A stretch of DNA of 64,000 nt from Desulfomonilia bacterium (GCA_963664325.2 CAXXDQ010000003.1:32001-96000), one strand, 5' to 3'; shown: positions 1 to 10,162, counted from the first letter of the stretch. Numbers and translations: made by a program. Notes: generated by a model from the sequence alone, not told the origin.

Positions 1-1049
1 CGGCCGCCCAGGCCGTTTCGGATTTTTCCGAAGACGAGGGCGTCCGCGGCCTTCCATGCGAGGTTAAGCCACAAGGGAAGAGGCTTGTGCGCATTGAGAC
101 GCTTGCTCCGGCTCCGGCCCGTCTGCATAGCCAGAGCAAAGATAAGACGCTTGATAAATGGACCGTTCGAGGCTGTACCGACTATCCTTGCATGCATCTT
201 CTCGAATATCCTGGGCACGGCGCAGAAATATGTAGGCCTTACCTCAGCCATGTTCCTGGCCAGGGTATCGATGGACTCGGCCAGGGCCATAGGCACGTTG
301 CGGAAGATATTGTAATAGTAGCCTGACACACGAGGATAGAAGTGCGATAGGGGAAGGACAAGCAGGCATAGTCCTTTATTGCTGTCGATTCTGATCAGCC
401 GGTCTATGGAATTCAATACATGACTGATGTTCAGGTGGCTCATCATGCAGCCCTTGGGCGGGCCGGTAGTCCCCGAGGTGTACACGATGGTGGCCAGGTC
501 GCCCGGCTTCACCTGCTTGCGCCTTTCTGCAATCACACCCGAGAGTTCTGGCAGAGATGCGCGTCCGCTTTCCAGCAGGGCCGCAAATGATACGATATCT
601 TCATCAGTATCTCCATCGATGACGATTATCTTCGGTCTTTGCCGCGGATCGGGAAACGCGTTTTTGATCTTATCGAGTTGCTCCCTGTTCTCCACGATCA
701 CAATACCGGCATCGGAGTCGTTTATGATATAAGCGCACTGTTCCGGCGTGTTGGTATGGTAGATGGGCACATTGACCCCGCATGCTGCCATGATGCCGAG
801 GTCAGCTATTATCCACTCGAGCCGGTTATAGGACAGGATGCAGACTTTATCGCCTGGCCCAAGGCCGAGCTGTACGAAGCCTGCCGCGCAGTATATCACC
901 ATATCCTTCAGGCCTTGCCAGCTGAGGTCTTCATAAGCCCCGCCTTTCCCCCGTTTATATTTGATTATGGCCCTGTGAGGGTTAGAAGCGGCATAGCAGT
1001 CCATAAGATCAGTAAGAATGAACTCTTCAAATGGTTTTGTCATTGTCAT
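1..1049 (-). CDS. Long-chain acyl-CoA synthetase (AMP-binding), runs off the window start
   Basis: Hand translation from ATG 1049 (ATGA overlap with the upstream stop): MTMTKPFEE...GDKVCILSYNRLEWIIADLG...DLATIVYTSGTTGPPKGCMMSHLN (AMP-binding signature). Confidence 0.85.
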   Translation of the reverse strand, partial: MTMTKPFEEFILTDLMDCYAASNPHRAIIKYKRGKGGAYEDLSWQGLKDMVIYCAAGFVQLGLGPGDKVCILSYNRLEWIIADLGIMAACGVNVPIYHTNTPEQCAYIINDSDAGIVIVENREQLDKIKNAFPDPRQRPKIIVIDGDTDEDIVSFAALLESGRASLPELSGVIAERRKQVKPGDLATIVYTSGTTGPPKGCMMSHLNISHVLNSIDRLIRIDSNKGLCLLVLPLSHFYPRVSGYYYNIFRNVPMALAESIDTLARNMAEVRPTYFCAVPRIFEKMHARIVGTASNGPFIKRLIFALAMQTGRSRSKRLNAHKPLPLWLNLAWKAADALVFGKIRNGLGG

Positions 1050-2296
1050 AGCGAATACCCCTTTCGAGTAAGCAGCATTTCCATGAATGCGTCCGCACGG
1101 GTCTGGAACTGTGCGGTGGAGAAGTTTCTGTCATCCATATGATCGGCATCGATGATGAGAACCGGTACGTCCATCTGTTCAAGCTCCCGTTTTATGTCCA
1201 TCTGGCCAAGCGTGATGGGCACGCATGACTTGTTCCTGTGGAGTATCGCACCATCGATTGAGTATTCGCGGCAGGCCTTCAGGACCATTTCCTTGCGCTT
1301 CTTGACGGACACGCAGGAAACGAGCGGATAAGAAATCAGGGTCTTCCTCGCCAGGGTTTCCATGGGATTGTCCGCATCCAGACGCAGCGACCATGCAGCC
1401 GAGTAGGTCTCAGCCACAACCACCCCGCCCATCTTCTCGAAGTAATTGAAAAGGCCCATGTTGTACCAAAGCGGGATATTGTCCCAGAATAGCCTGACCT
1501 TCTCGTCTTCAAGTATGCCGGTGCCTTGTTCGGATTTCTCTTTCAGTTCGTCCCTCACGCGGGTCAGGTAGTCGACTGCTGTCTGCGTACCCTGCCGTGT
1601 CACCATAACGAACATGATGCCTATCTCCGAGGCGGAGATCGGAGTAGGTATGAAACGCCGGTAGCTCATAATCTCGTCCCAGAGCTCACAGGCCTTGTCG
1701 GAAAGCCTCACGACTTCCTTGAGCCTGTCATAGTCGAGCTTCCGGCCGGTTACTTCTTCGAGGAAATTTACGAGCCGTTTCATTTCGAAAACGGCATAAT
1801 TTATATGGTGATCCTTGATGTTCTCGATGGCGACCTGAGGCATGTCGGCATAAAAGGTCCTGGCCTGAGGAAACCTCCTCATGAGGGCCTGAAAGATTTT
1901 CATGACAGGAGAGCATCCGCCCTGGGGCGGAAGTATTATGTCCGGTTCGGGCAGGCCGCCCAGAGGGTTGTCAGGCCCGCCCATCATGCCGTGAACATAG
2001 CCGATTATATTTCTCAGATAACCGCATAGATCACGCGAATAGCCCATGCCTTCACAGACCTCGAAGTTCTTGCGGGTAAGCCCGAAGGCGGCGCAGACGG
2101 GAGACCAGTTTTCCGGGAAAACAGGCTGCAATCCCATGGCATAAAACAGTTCGATGCCGCCGTTCATCGGAGGCATCCACCCTACAGGTCTTCCTTCCTT
2201 CTTTGCCTCATGACACTCCTGATAGTATTCGGCAATGATAAGCGGAAGCTCCTTGGCGGTTTTCAGTCTTTTCTTTGACTTTGAGCTCTTCTCCAT
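1046..2296 (-). CDS. 2-hydroxyacyl-CoA dehydratase / benzoyl-CoA reductase family subunit (HgdA/BcrB-like)
   Basis: PEN...GYSRDLCGY, GGC, HRNKSC and C-terminal IDADHMDDRNFSTAQFQTRADAFMEML motifs of the HGD-D family. Confidence 0.85.
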   Translation of the reverse strand: MEKSSKSKKRLKTAKELPLIIAEYYQECHEAKKEGRPVGWMPPMNGGIELFYAMGLQPVFPENWSPVCAAFGLTRKNFEVCEGMGYSRDLCGYLRNIIGYVHGMMGGPDNPLGGLPEPDIILPPQGGCSPVMKIFQALMRRFPQARTFYADMPQVAIENIKDHHINYAVFEMKRLVNFLEEVTGRKLDYDRLKEVVRLSDKACELWDEIMSYRRFIPTPISASEIGIMFVMVTRQGTQTAVDYLTRVRDELKEKSEQGTGILEDEKVRLFWDNIPLWYNMGLFNYFEKMGGVVVAETYSAAWSLRLDADNPMETLARKTLISYPLVSCVSVKKRKEMVLKACREYSIDGAILHRNKSCVPITLGQMDIKRELEQMDVPVLIIDADHMDDRNFSTAQFQTRADAFMEMLLTRKGYSL

Positions 2297-2299
2297 ATT

Positions 2300-3412
2300 T
2301 CACCATCCGATCATTTCGAAGAAACCTTCGAGTCTTGTTTTCAATTGACTTTCCATGATCCCGGTTTCATCCAGTTCCACCATGATGGAGGGGATTCCCT
2401 TGTCCTTGAGAGCCTCGTTCAGGAACGGGTAATCACCCAGATGAGGAGTACAGTATTTCTGGAAAATGAAGACAACGGCACGCGCCTTTGAATGCGTTAT
2501 CAGGTCAAGCAACCTGGGGAGTCTTTCTTCAGCGCTTGTCCTCGACGGACAGGGAAAACGGTTCATGAAGCGGTCGATGAGCTGATCCATGGGATCGATT
2601 CCATGCCCGTACGCCGGAACAAAGTTCCTCATTCCCGTGCACAGATCATCCGCCACGACCCAGCCTCCTGATTCCTCTAGAATCCTGAGGACTTTCGTTT
2701 CTTCTATAATGCTGCCGGAAACGAGGATCGGCAGGCCATTACCTGGATCGCAGGTTTCAGGCAAAGCCCCGATCAGTTCCTTAAGCATGGAGAGATAGCG
2801 TTCGGGAGTTGTTATGAAACCCGCCTGGACTATAGTCAGGAAATCTTCTGCGCTGAGGGGCAGCCTGTGCTCGTAGCGAAGCTCATAGAGTTCGGACATG
2901 AGTGTCCGGATTTTCCCGTAGATATCGAGAGAACAAGCCAGACGTTCTAGAGAAAAATCTCCGCCAGCGTGTTTCAGAATTTCTGAAAGATCCTCGAGTC
3001 CTGATCTCAGAAAAGATCTCGATTCAAGCTGATCTACGTAGGGAAGCGGGAGGATATGGAAAAGATCGGCTCCCATATTCGCTTCCCAGATATTGGCGAC
3101 CCCGCAGGCCGCGTCGCATGTGTATCCCTGGACAAGACCGTCCAGACATTTGTAGGAACCGCTCAAACCCCTTTCCACCACCTTTCTCATATATGGACAG
3201 ATAAATTCCGGGATAAGTGTATATGCCTTCTCAATAGTTTCAGTTTCCCCCATTATCCTGACAGGAATGAACCCTGAGGCATGAATCAATTCGACTGGAG
3301 TGTAAGTGCAAAAATAACCGATGAGCCTCTTGCCTTCAGATACAAGGGTCTGCAACTCCTGATCCATGTTCCGAACAATATCATCGAAAGGTTTTGCCAG
3401 ATCGGATATCAT
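2300..3412 (-). CDS. 2-hydroxyacyl-CoA dehydratase family subunit (HgdB/BcrC-like)
   Basis: GYFCTYTPVELIHASG, FICPY, YTCD, VADDLCTG, KYCTPH; start moved to MISD (AAGGAGGG RBS). Confidence 0.85.
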   Translation of the reverse strand: MISDLAKPFDDIVRNMDQELQTLVSEGKRLIGYFCTYTPVELIHASGFIPVRIMGETETIEKAYTLIPEFICPYMRKVVERGLSGSYKCLDGLVQGYTCDAACGVANIWEANMGADLFHILPLPYVDQLESRSFLRSGLEDLSEILKHAGGDFSLERLACSLDIYGKIRTLMSELYELRYEHRLPLSAEDFLTIVQAGFITTPERYLSMLKELIGALPETCDPGNGLPILVSGSIIEETKVLRILEESGGWVVADDLCTGMRNFVPAYGHGIDPMDQLIDRFMNRFPCPSRTSAEERLPRLLDLITHSKARAVVFIFQKYCTPHLGDYPFLNEALKDKGIPSIMVELDETGIMESQLKTRLEGFFEMIGW

Positions 3413-3482
3413 GTGTGTCGGTCCCTCCTTCTTTATCGGATGGAAATTAATACTCTGTCTGCCGCCATTGAATGTTTCCCTG

Positions 3483-4682
3483 TCATGACACGCCCACCGC
3501 ATTTATCATCTTGAGATCCAGGATCTCTTTCTCGGTCAATCCCATATGCGTCAATATTTCACGGTTGTGATAGCCGAGAGCCACTCCGCAAGTCGGGGCA
3601 TAGTAATGGCCTGACCTGAACTTGATCGGGTTACCTATCTGCATTACCTTGCCGCCATTACCGGTAGACACTTCGACCACCATGTCCCTTTCGGACAGAG
3701 GCGGGTTAGATATCGCTTCGCTCACGGAATATACCGGCTCGACGCATGCATCGCATGCCATGAATTTCTCGCGCCAGTATGCCAGGGGCTTATCCGCGAT
3801 GATATTCCTGACGCACTCCTTTGCGTTCCAGTTGAGAATCCCAGTCTCGATTATATCTGGACGGCCTATTGTCTCACAGAACACCTTGAAGAACTTTTCC
3901 TCGATCGGTCCTACTGAAAGATATCCTCCGTCGGATGTAGGATAGAAGTCATACAGAGCCCCTCCGCTCAGGAAATCTTCCCGCTGTGGTTCTTGGGCGC
4001 CTGCCAGGTGTCCGGCAATGGTAAACAGCGACATGGAGAAAACACCGTCCGTTATTGATACGTCGATATAGTCGCCTTTCCCCGTATTCATGCGGTTGAT
4101 GCAGGCAGCCAGCACACCTATGACCACATTCTTCGAGCCGCTGGCGATATCCGCTATCTGTATACCAGTTAGCACTGGCCCGGTATCTCTCCGTCCTGAG
4201 ATGGACTCGACGCCTGAAAGCGCCATATAGTTTATGTCATGGCCGGCCCGGCATGAAAACGATCCTGTTTGGCCGTATCCGCTGAGAGAACAGTATATGA
4301 CCGAAGGGTTGATCTTAGAGAGTACCTCGTAGCCGAGACCCAGACGTTCCATGGTGCCGGGCCTGAACTGTTCGATGACGACATCGTATTCAGAAACAAG
4401 CTTGTAAATGATCTCCCGTGCTTCTTTTTTCTTCAGGTTCAGCGACAGTGATTTTTTTCCGCGGTTGAGGTGCGCGTATACTGCGCTCATTTCATCGACA
4501 TATGGAGGGTAAAGCCGCACGATGTCCGGGTTTTCACTGTTCTCCACCTTGATGATGTCCGCACCGAGATCAGAAAGAATCATTGTTCCATACGGCCCGG
4601 GGATCAGGTACGAGAAGTCGAGGATCTTGACATGGGACAAGGGTCCTGGTTTTGCCGGTGTTTCATCCTTTTTCTGAATCAT
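3483..4682 (-). CDS. CaiB/BaiF family III CoA-transferase / alpha-methylacyl-CoA racemase-like
   Basis: ILDFSYLIPGPYGTMILSDLGADIIKVE, NRGKKS, FRPG, GHDINYMALSG. Confidence 0.9.
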   Translation of the reverse strand: MIQKKDETPAKPGPLSHVKILDFSYLIPGPYGTMILSDLGADIIKVENSENPDIVRLYPPYVDEMSAVYAHLNRGKKSLSLNLKKKEAREIIYKLVSEYDVVIEQFRPGTMERLGLGYEVLSKINPSVIYCSLSGYGQTGSFSCRAGHDINYMALSGVESISGRRDTGPVLTGIQIADIASGSKNVVIGVLAACINRMNTGKGDYIDVSITDGVFSMSLFTIAGHLAGAQEPQREDFLSGGALYDFYPTSDGGYLSVGPIEEKFFKVFCETIGRPDIIETGILNWNAKECVRNIIADKPLAYWREKFMACDACVEPVYSVSEAISNPPLSERDMVVEVSTGNGGKVMQIGNPIKFRSGHYYAPTCGVALGYHNREILTHMGLTEKEILDLKMINAVGVS

Positions 4683-4743
4683 CTTATTATCCTTTCTTGT
4701 GATGTGGCAGTACGAGTTGGAAGAATGTAATAGCCTCGCGGCT

Positions 4744-6429
4744 TCATCCGCCCAACACTTTTCTAAGGTCTTTCTTCAGGATCTTGCCGACATTGCTTAG
4801 CGGAAGCTGGTCGAAGAACTCGATCTTCTTCGGTATCTTGTAAGGCGCAAGCCTCTTCTGCAGATAGGATAAGATATCTGCCTTGAGTTCGTCGCTTCCT
4901 TTCACTCCGGGTTTGAGGACAACTGCAGAGGCCACGATTTCTGAGCCCGGTCTCTTCGCATCGGGAAGTCCTACGGTTGCAGCCATGGCGATATCAGGAT
5001 GTTCAACCAGCACTTCGTCCACCACGCGGGTGAACACCTTGAAGCCGGAAACATTCACCATGTCCTTGATCCGGTCCACGATTGAGAGATACCCGTTATC
5101 ATCCATGATACCTACGTCTCCGGTGCGGAACCAGCCCTCTTTGAGCACATTCGCCGTTTCTTCGGGCTGGTTGTGATAGCTTGAAAATACCTGAGGTCCG
5201 GAGACAATGATCTCACCGGGCTCGCCAAAAGGAACCTGTTCGCCCGTATCCGGGTCTACTATCTTTACACCGGTGTCCATGAAAGGGATCCCGACCGAGC
5301 CTACCTTTTTCACTCCGTTGAATGGGGGAGCGGCAATGCACGTAGTGGTTTCTGTCAGACCGTAGGTCTCGATCAGCTTGCCGCCGGTAAGCGTTTCGAA
5401 CTCTTTTATATTCTCGGCAGGGAACGGCGCCGAACCGCTTATGAAATATTTGATTTTACTTAGATCTGCTTTTCTAAACTCCTGAAGCTTCATCATCTCG
5501 AGGTATATGGTCGGTACGGCAAGAATTGCGGAGGGCTTGTAGCGCCTGATGGCCGATACCATGGACCCCATGTCACGCGGGTTCGGCACCATGACATACG
5601 TGCATCCGAGGGCAATGCTCGTCATGGTGATAAAACACCCCGCCATATGGAACATGGGGTACGGACAGACAAGGGTCTCCCCGCCTTTCCTGAAACCGTA
5701 CCAGACCTGGTTCTGGATAATGTGCCTGACCAGGTTTCTGTGGGTCAGCAGGGCTCCCTTTGGATTGCCGGTCGTGCCTCCGGTGTATACCATCACGCAT
5801 GGGCTCGAGGGATCGGCCTTTTTGTTCACGAAATCCTCAGGCTTTCCCTGGATGGATTTCGTAAAGCGTACTACACGGATCCCCGGTACATCACCAACCG
5901 GAGATGTCGGGATTTTCTTCATAAGCAAACCGGGTATCTTCTTGAAAAGAGGGAGATAGTCAGCGATGGAGGTAACCACGATTGTTTTGACTGAAGTTTT
6001 ACCGGCCAGGGGGGCGACTCTGGCGAAAAGGAGGTCGAGGGTGACTATGATCTTGGCGCCGGAATCGTTGAGCTGGTATTCGAGTTCCTCCGGAGTAAGG
6101 AGGGGGCTCACCCCCTGATATATGCATCCCGCTTTCTGTATCCCAACAAGTGAGATATAGCAGGCCGGGATGTTGGGCGTGTGGACGGCGATGAAGTCGC
6201 CGGGAACGGAGCCTTCTCCCACAAGAAAATTTGCAAACTTGCTAGACAATACGTCCAGCTCCCGGAAACTGAACGCCTTTCCCATATAGTGGAACGCCAC
6301 CCTGTCGGGCAGGCTAACAAATGCATCTTTTATAAAATCCTGATAGGAGACGTCCGGATAATCGAGAGATTCAGGGACCTCCCTGTCATAAGATGAAATC
6401 CAAGGCTTACCGGAATAAAAGTCATTCAT
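4744..6429 (-). CDS. Long-chain-fatty-acid--CoA ligase
   Basis: YTGGTTGNPKG, YGLTE, GWFRTGD, DRIKDM, GKILKK adenylation motifs. Confidence 0.9.
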   Translation of the reverse strand: MNDFYSGKPWISSYDREVPESLDYPDVSYQDFIKDAFVSLPDRVAFHYMGKAFSFRELDVLSSKFANFLVGEGSVPGDFIAVHTPNIPACYISLVGIQKAGCIYQGVSPLLTPEELEYQLNDSGAKIIVTLDLLFARVAPLAGKTSVKTIVVTSIADYLPLFKKIPGLLMKKIPTSPVGDVPGIRVVRFTKSIQGKPEDFVNKKADPSSPCVMVYTGGTTGNPKGALLTHRNLVRHIIQNQVWYGFRKGGETLVCPYPMFHMAGCFITMTSIALGCTYVMVPNPRDMGSMVSAIRRYKPSAILAVPTIYLEMMKLQEFRKADLSKIKYFISGSAPFPAENIKEFETLTGGKLIETYGLTETTTCIAAPPFNGVKKVGSVGIPFMDTGVKIVDPDTGEQVPFGEPGEIIVSGPQVFSSYHNQPEETANVLKEGWFRTGDVGIMDDNGYLSIVDRIKDMVNVSGFKVFTRVVDEVLVEHPDIAMAATVGLPDAKRPGSEIVASAVVLKPGVKGSDELKADILSYLQKRLAPYKIPKKIEFFDQLPLSNVGKILKKDLRKVLGG

Positions 6430-6464
6430 GACTACCCCCAAGCAAAGTTTAAATACACATTGAT

Positions 6465-6493
6465 TATTGTATACAATATTCTATTTATGTCAA
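6465..6493 (-). promoter_or_regulatory. Sigma70 promoter of the ligase operon, overlapped by a perfect palindrome (probable GntR/FadR operator)
   Basis: Minus strand TTGACA (6493-6488)-16 bp-TACAAT; palindrome TATTGTATACAATA at 6465-6478. Confidence 0.6.
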
Positions 6494-6663
6494 TTTCAAT
6501 ATTTCCTTCCACCTCCAGTTTTTCATTCCAGCGGGTGATATATGCAATCTGAAGGTCTACTTGTTCATTGACAAGAATTCATTTGTACGTATTAATTGCG
6601 CCGATGGCAGAGACGATCAAGAAACACAAACATTCCTGAGATGGAAGGAAAAACACGGTATCT

Positions 6664-7317
6664 ATGAATTTTCGAATATCAGACAGTCTTCCGAATCAAA
6701 TTACGAGATACTTGACCGAGCAGATTGTCAAGGGAGATCTCAAACCGGGTGAATGGATTAGGGAAGTGCACCTTGCCAAGGAACTTGGCGTAAGCCGTAT
6801 CCCTATCAGGGAAGCTCTTCAATCACTCCAGAAAAACAGGTTGGTGGAACTCATTCCCCGTCAAGGTGCGCGGGTCGCCCCCATCTCAAAACAGTATGTT
6901 CGCTGGCTGTATGAACTTCTGCAGGTGCTGTACACCCTTATACTGCGCCAGGTAATACTTTCTTCCGATGAGGACCGGATCAGAAGGCTTGATGCGGCAC
7001 TCGAAAAGATCGAGGGCATCTCCCGTATAAACGACGAGGATGTTTATTACGATATGCGCTTTGAATATGCCATGATCTGCCTAGAAGTCACCGACAACCA
7101 TCTCCTGAAAGAAATCATCACGGATTTAATACCCAGCATTATGAGGATACAGCATATGGCGCTTAAGCAGAGGATCATCAATATTGAGGGTACTTTAATT
7201 CATCTCCGGGAAATCAACGAATCCATTAAGAAAAGGAATGTGAAGCAGGGGCTCAAGGCAGTCAGTGAACTATTGGCAAGCGATATGGAATTTGCACTTA
7301 ATATCATCCAAGATTAA
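6664..7317 (+). CDS. GntR family (FCD-type) transcriptional regulator
   Basis: N-terminal wHTH GDLKPGEWIREVHLAKELGVSRIPIREAL; divergent from the acyl-CoA operon. Confidence 0.9.
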   Translation: MNFRISDSLPNQITRYLTEQIVKGDLKPGEWIREVHLAKELGVSRIPIREALQSLQKNRLVELIPRQGARVAPISKQYVRWLYELLQVLYTLILRQVILSSDEDRIRRLDAALEKIEGISRINDEDVYYDMRFEYAMICLEVTDNHLLKEIITDLIPSIMRIQHMALKQRIINIEGTLIHLREINESIKKRNVKQGLKAVSELLASDMEFALNIIQD

Positions 7318-7375
7318 AGTTCTTTTATAGTAGACCTCCCAACTATTTATATTTATTGTTTCGTACCCAACACCC

Positions 7376-7804
7376 TTATTCCAAAGGATTTTTGTATTTC
7401 AGCTTCGGGAATCTTTTAAAATCCTTGTCCGTGGAATACAGCGTGCTGCTGTGTTCGATGGCGAGAGCCGCAAGATGGGCATCAGAAACCAGATTGGCTG
7501 TTGCTTGGCCTGATACAAGCATGTCCGTGAAAACCTCCCAATGTCTTGCCGTCGGATGGATTATCCTGGTGCACGGCTGATCAAACCATCCTGCAACCCT
7601 GTCAATCGCCTCTTTCATCGACAGGGGGTTGTTGAAAACCCTCGGATTTGTGCCGATTCTTATGAATGCATTGATCACTTCCCAGCACAGACATACCGGC
7701 TCGTCTCCTGAAAGAGCCGAACTCCACCATTGAAGGGCTTTTCTGTTTAATGGGCTGCCCGAATTCTCGGCGTAGAGCAGGATATTGGCATCCACAAATA
7801 TCAC
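7376..7804 (-). CDS. vapC: PIN-domain toxin (VapC family)
   Basis: IFVDANILLYA...NLVSDAHLAALAIEH...STDKDF; 4-bp overlap with the antitoxin gene. Confidence 0.9.
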   Translation of the reverse strand: MIFVDANILLYAENSGSPLNRKALQWWSSALSGDEPVCLCWEVINAFIRIGTNPRVFNNPLSMKEAIDRVAGWFDQPCTRIIHPTARHWEVFTDMLVSGQATANLVSDAHLAALAIEHSSTLYSTDKDFKRFPKLKYKNPLE

Positions 7805-8046
7805 TTGAAGTCCTCGCCTTCTATCCGGCTCAACAATTCCTGGATATTGTCTATAGAGATTCCGGATTTCTGGCCCATGTCCCGGGATTTCATGCGATAG
7901 GTCTTTTGCTTTTGTTTCGACTCGATCAGGGAGAGCCCTTCCCTCATGGCCTCGTTGATTATTGACCTGAAGGGTCTTTTTTTCTTTGCCGCAACGGCCC
8001 TGGCTCTGTCCAGCACGTCCTCGTCTATAACTATTGTCGTTCTCAT
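7801..8046 (-). CDS. vapB: Ribbon-helix-helix antitoxin (VapB family)
   Basis: MRTTIVIDEDVLDRARAVA...SIINEAMREGL; directly upstream of the PIN toxin. Confidence 0.85.
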   Translation of the reverse strand: MRTTIVIDEDVLDRARAVAAKKKRPFRSIINEAMREGLSLIESKQKQKTYRMKSRDMGQKSGISIDNIQELLSRIEGEDFK

Positions 8047-8088
8047 GAAAGCATCATAGCATCATAGAAAATGATGTCAAGGCATCAT
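8047..8088 (-). promoter_or_regulatory. Leaderless-type promoter of vapBC with ATGATG repeats (probable autoregulatory operator)
   Basis: TTGACA (8080-8075)-16 bp-TATGAT (8058-8053)-6 nt-ATG; several CATCAT/ATGATG copies in both orientations. Confidence 0.55.
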
Positions 8089-8747
8089 TCAGCTGGAGAT
8101 CGTATGTACTCAGCGGAGTTATTCGAAGGCGAATTAACAAGAGATGAAACCGGATAGGCTTCCATTTCTTCTGCTGGATAAGGTTTGAGTAGTTTCTCGA
8201 CATCGCCTCTGTCGTGCCCAAGCCATAAATCACAGGAACCGGCAGGCAGGATCACCGGCATCCTTTCGTGTATGTCTGCAACGAGCGGATTCGCAACAGT
8301 GGTGATTATGGTCCCGGAGACTATGGCATTCCCGCCCTGTTCCCAGATGTCCCAGAGCCCTGCAAAGGTGAAGGCCTTGGAGTCCTTCATGTGTATGAAA
8401 TAAGGCTGCTTTGTTTTTCCGTTCCTTTTCCATTCGTAGAATCCTTCGGAAAATATAAGGCAGCGTCTTTCTCTTATGAGTTTTTTAAACGCAGGTTTTT
8501 CAGTAAGTGTCTCTGAACGTGCGTTGAACATTTTATATCCGATCGAGGCGTCTTTAGCCCATGACGGGATGAGCCCCCATCTTATCAGCCGCACCCTGTT
8601 CGAGCCGTCGTTCAGTATGGCAGGAATCGCCTGCGATGGCGCTATGTTGTAGTTTGCGGAGAATTCGATCTCGAGCTGTCCGGTATCGGCCTCGGGCATT
8701 AGACCCTTGATCTTTGAAGGGTCTGTGAAGATAAATCTTCCGCACAT
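8085..8747 (-). CDS. SOS response-associated peptidase (SRAP/YedK/HMCES, abasic-site crosslinking)
   Basis: MCGRF N-terminus (catalytic Cys2), YNIAPSQ, WGLIPSW, NARSET, GFYEW, IHERMPVIL. Confidence 0.93.
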   Translation of the reverse strand: MCGRFIFTDPSKIKGLMPEADTGQLEIEFSANYNIAPSQAIPAILNDGSNRVRLIRWGLIPSWAKDASIGYKMFNARSETLTEKPAFKKLIRERRCLIFSEGFYEWKRNGKTKQPYFIHMKDSKAFTFAGLWDIWEQGGNAIVSGTIITTVANPLVADIHERMPVILPAGSCDLWLGHDRGDVEKLLKPYPAEEMEAYPVSSLVNSPSNNSAEYIRSPAE

Positions 8748-8827
8748 GCCCCATTATTTAATAAAAATGGTTTTAAGCCAAGACTGTATTTGCTATTTTG
8801 TAAACAGCTTCGATCAAGGAGGTTAAA

Positions 8828-9736
8828 ATGAAAAAGCATTCAGGTCTACTTTTGATTTTATGCATGTTTATAATATGTTCCGTTCCTGCTGCGGGAGAGA
8901 CCATACCGGCCGGCTTCAAGGGCAGCTTTGTAGATGTTCAGGGACAGCAGATAAGGGTCTATCAGACGGGCACAGGGCCCGACATCCTGCTCATCCACGG
9001 TCTGCCCGGTTGCATCGAGGACTGGGAAACCGTAATGCCGGGCTTGTCAAAGAATTTCCGTGTAACGGCGTATGACAGACCCGGCCACGGTTTCAGCAGC
9101 GCCAAGAAGCTCCAATACAACATTAAGCAGAATACTGACATTGCCTTTGCATTAATAGAAAAATTAAAGCTCAATAACCCGGTCGTTGTAGGTCATTCAT
9201 ACGGCGGCACCATGGTTGTAGCCATGGCGGAGCGAAACTCATCCAATGTCAAGGCATATGTATCTGTCAGCCCCGTGACTACAGCCGGGGGAAAGCCGGA
9301 TATGATAATAAAAATTCTAAAAACCCCTGTGATAGGCCCTGCCAGCGCATGGCTTGTAAAATTATTCACCGGCTGCAGCATGATACAAAAAGGACTGAAC
9401 GAGGCGTTTGACCCCAATCAAAAAGCCATGATGCAGAGTTCTGTCGATGTAAGGTGCATGATATTCAGCCAGCCGAAAGTGATCAAGACCTTATCGCATG
9501 AAGAGATGACAATGAGGCCGGATGTGAAGAACATGATGCCGCTTTACGGGACTATCAGAAAGCCTCTTTTCATAGTCCACGGAGAAAGCGACAGGGTTGT
9601 TCCTGTTTCGGATGGGATTTTGTTAAACAAGGCCGTCCCTGGCTCAAAGATAACTCTGCTTAAGAACACGGGCCATATGGTTCAGTATGCCAGGCCGTCC
9701 GAACTGATAAAGGTGATTGAAGAGGCGTCCCGATAA
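8828..9736 (+). CDS. Secreted alpha/beta hydrolase
   Basis: Signal peptide; IHGLPG, DRPGHGFS, nucleophile GHSYGG, HGESD, GHM. Confidence 0.85.
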   Translation: MKKHSGLLLILCMFIICSVPAAGETIPAGFKGSFVDVQGQQIRVYQTGTGPDILLIHGLPGCIEDWETVMPGLSKNFRVTAYDRPGHGFSSAKKLQYNIKQNTDIAFALIEKLKLNNPVVVGHSYGGTMVVAMAERNSSNVKAYVSVSPVTTAGGKPDMIIKILKTPVIGPASAWLVKLFTGCSMIQKGLNEAFDPNQKAMMQSSVDVRCMIFSQPKVIKTLSHEEMTMRPDVKNMMPLYGTIRKPLFIVHGESDRVVPVSDGILLNKAVPGSKITLLKNTGHMVQYARPSELIKVIEEASR

Positions 9737-9770
9737 TGTACTGGGAATGATCATAAAAAGAGGAATGACT

Positions 9771-10124
9771 ATGGATGCGAAACAGATTGTCACAAATTAT
9801 CATAATGCCTGGACCAGCGGCGACATTGAAACTGCGCGCGCTTACCTGGATGACGGTTTGGATTTTCAGGGAAGCATCGATACCTTCCACAGGGCGGATG
9901 ATTTTATTGCCGGTCTCACGATGTTTCAAAAGATGCTCCGGGGTGTGAACCTGATTCAAGGGCTCTATTCTGAGACAGGAGCCGCCCTGCTATATGACTG
10001 CGATACGATGAGCCCCGCGGGTGTTATCAGAACAGCGGAATTCTTTGAGGTCAGAGACGGCAAGATCAGATCCATCAGGCTGGTCTTTGATGCAACTGAG
10101 CTTCGCAAACTTATGGCTTCATAA
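9771..10124 (+). CDS. SnoaL/NTF2-like domain protein
   Basis: IVTNYHNAWTSGDIETARAYLDD...AEFFEVRDGKIRSIRLVFD; AGAGGA RBS. Confidence 0.75.
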   Translation: MDAKQIVTNYHNAWTSGDIETARAYLDDGLDFQGSIDTFHRADDFIAGLTMFQKMLRGVNLIQGLYSETGAALLYDCDTMSPAGVIRTAEFFEVRDGKIRSIRLVFDATELRKLMAS

Positions 10125-10162
10125 ACTGACAAAAGTATCGTTTTTAAACCCCGAAGGACTTT

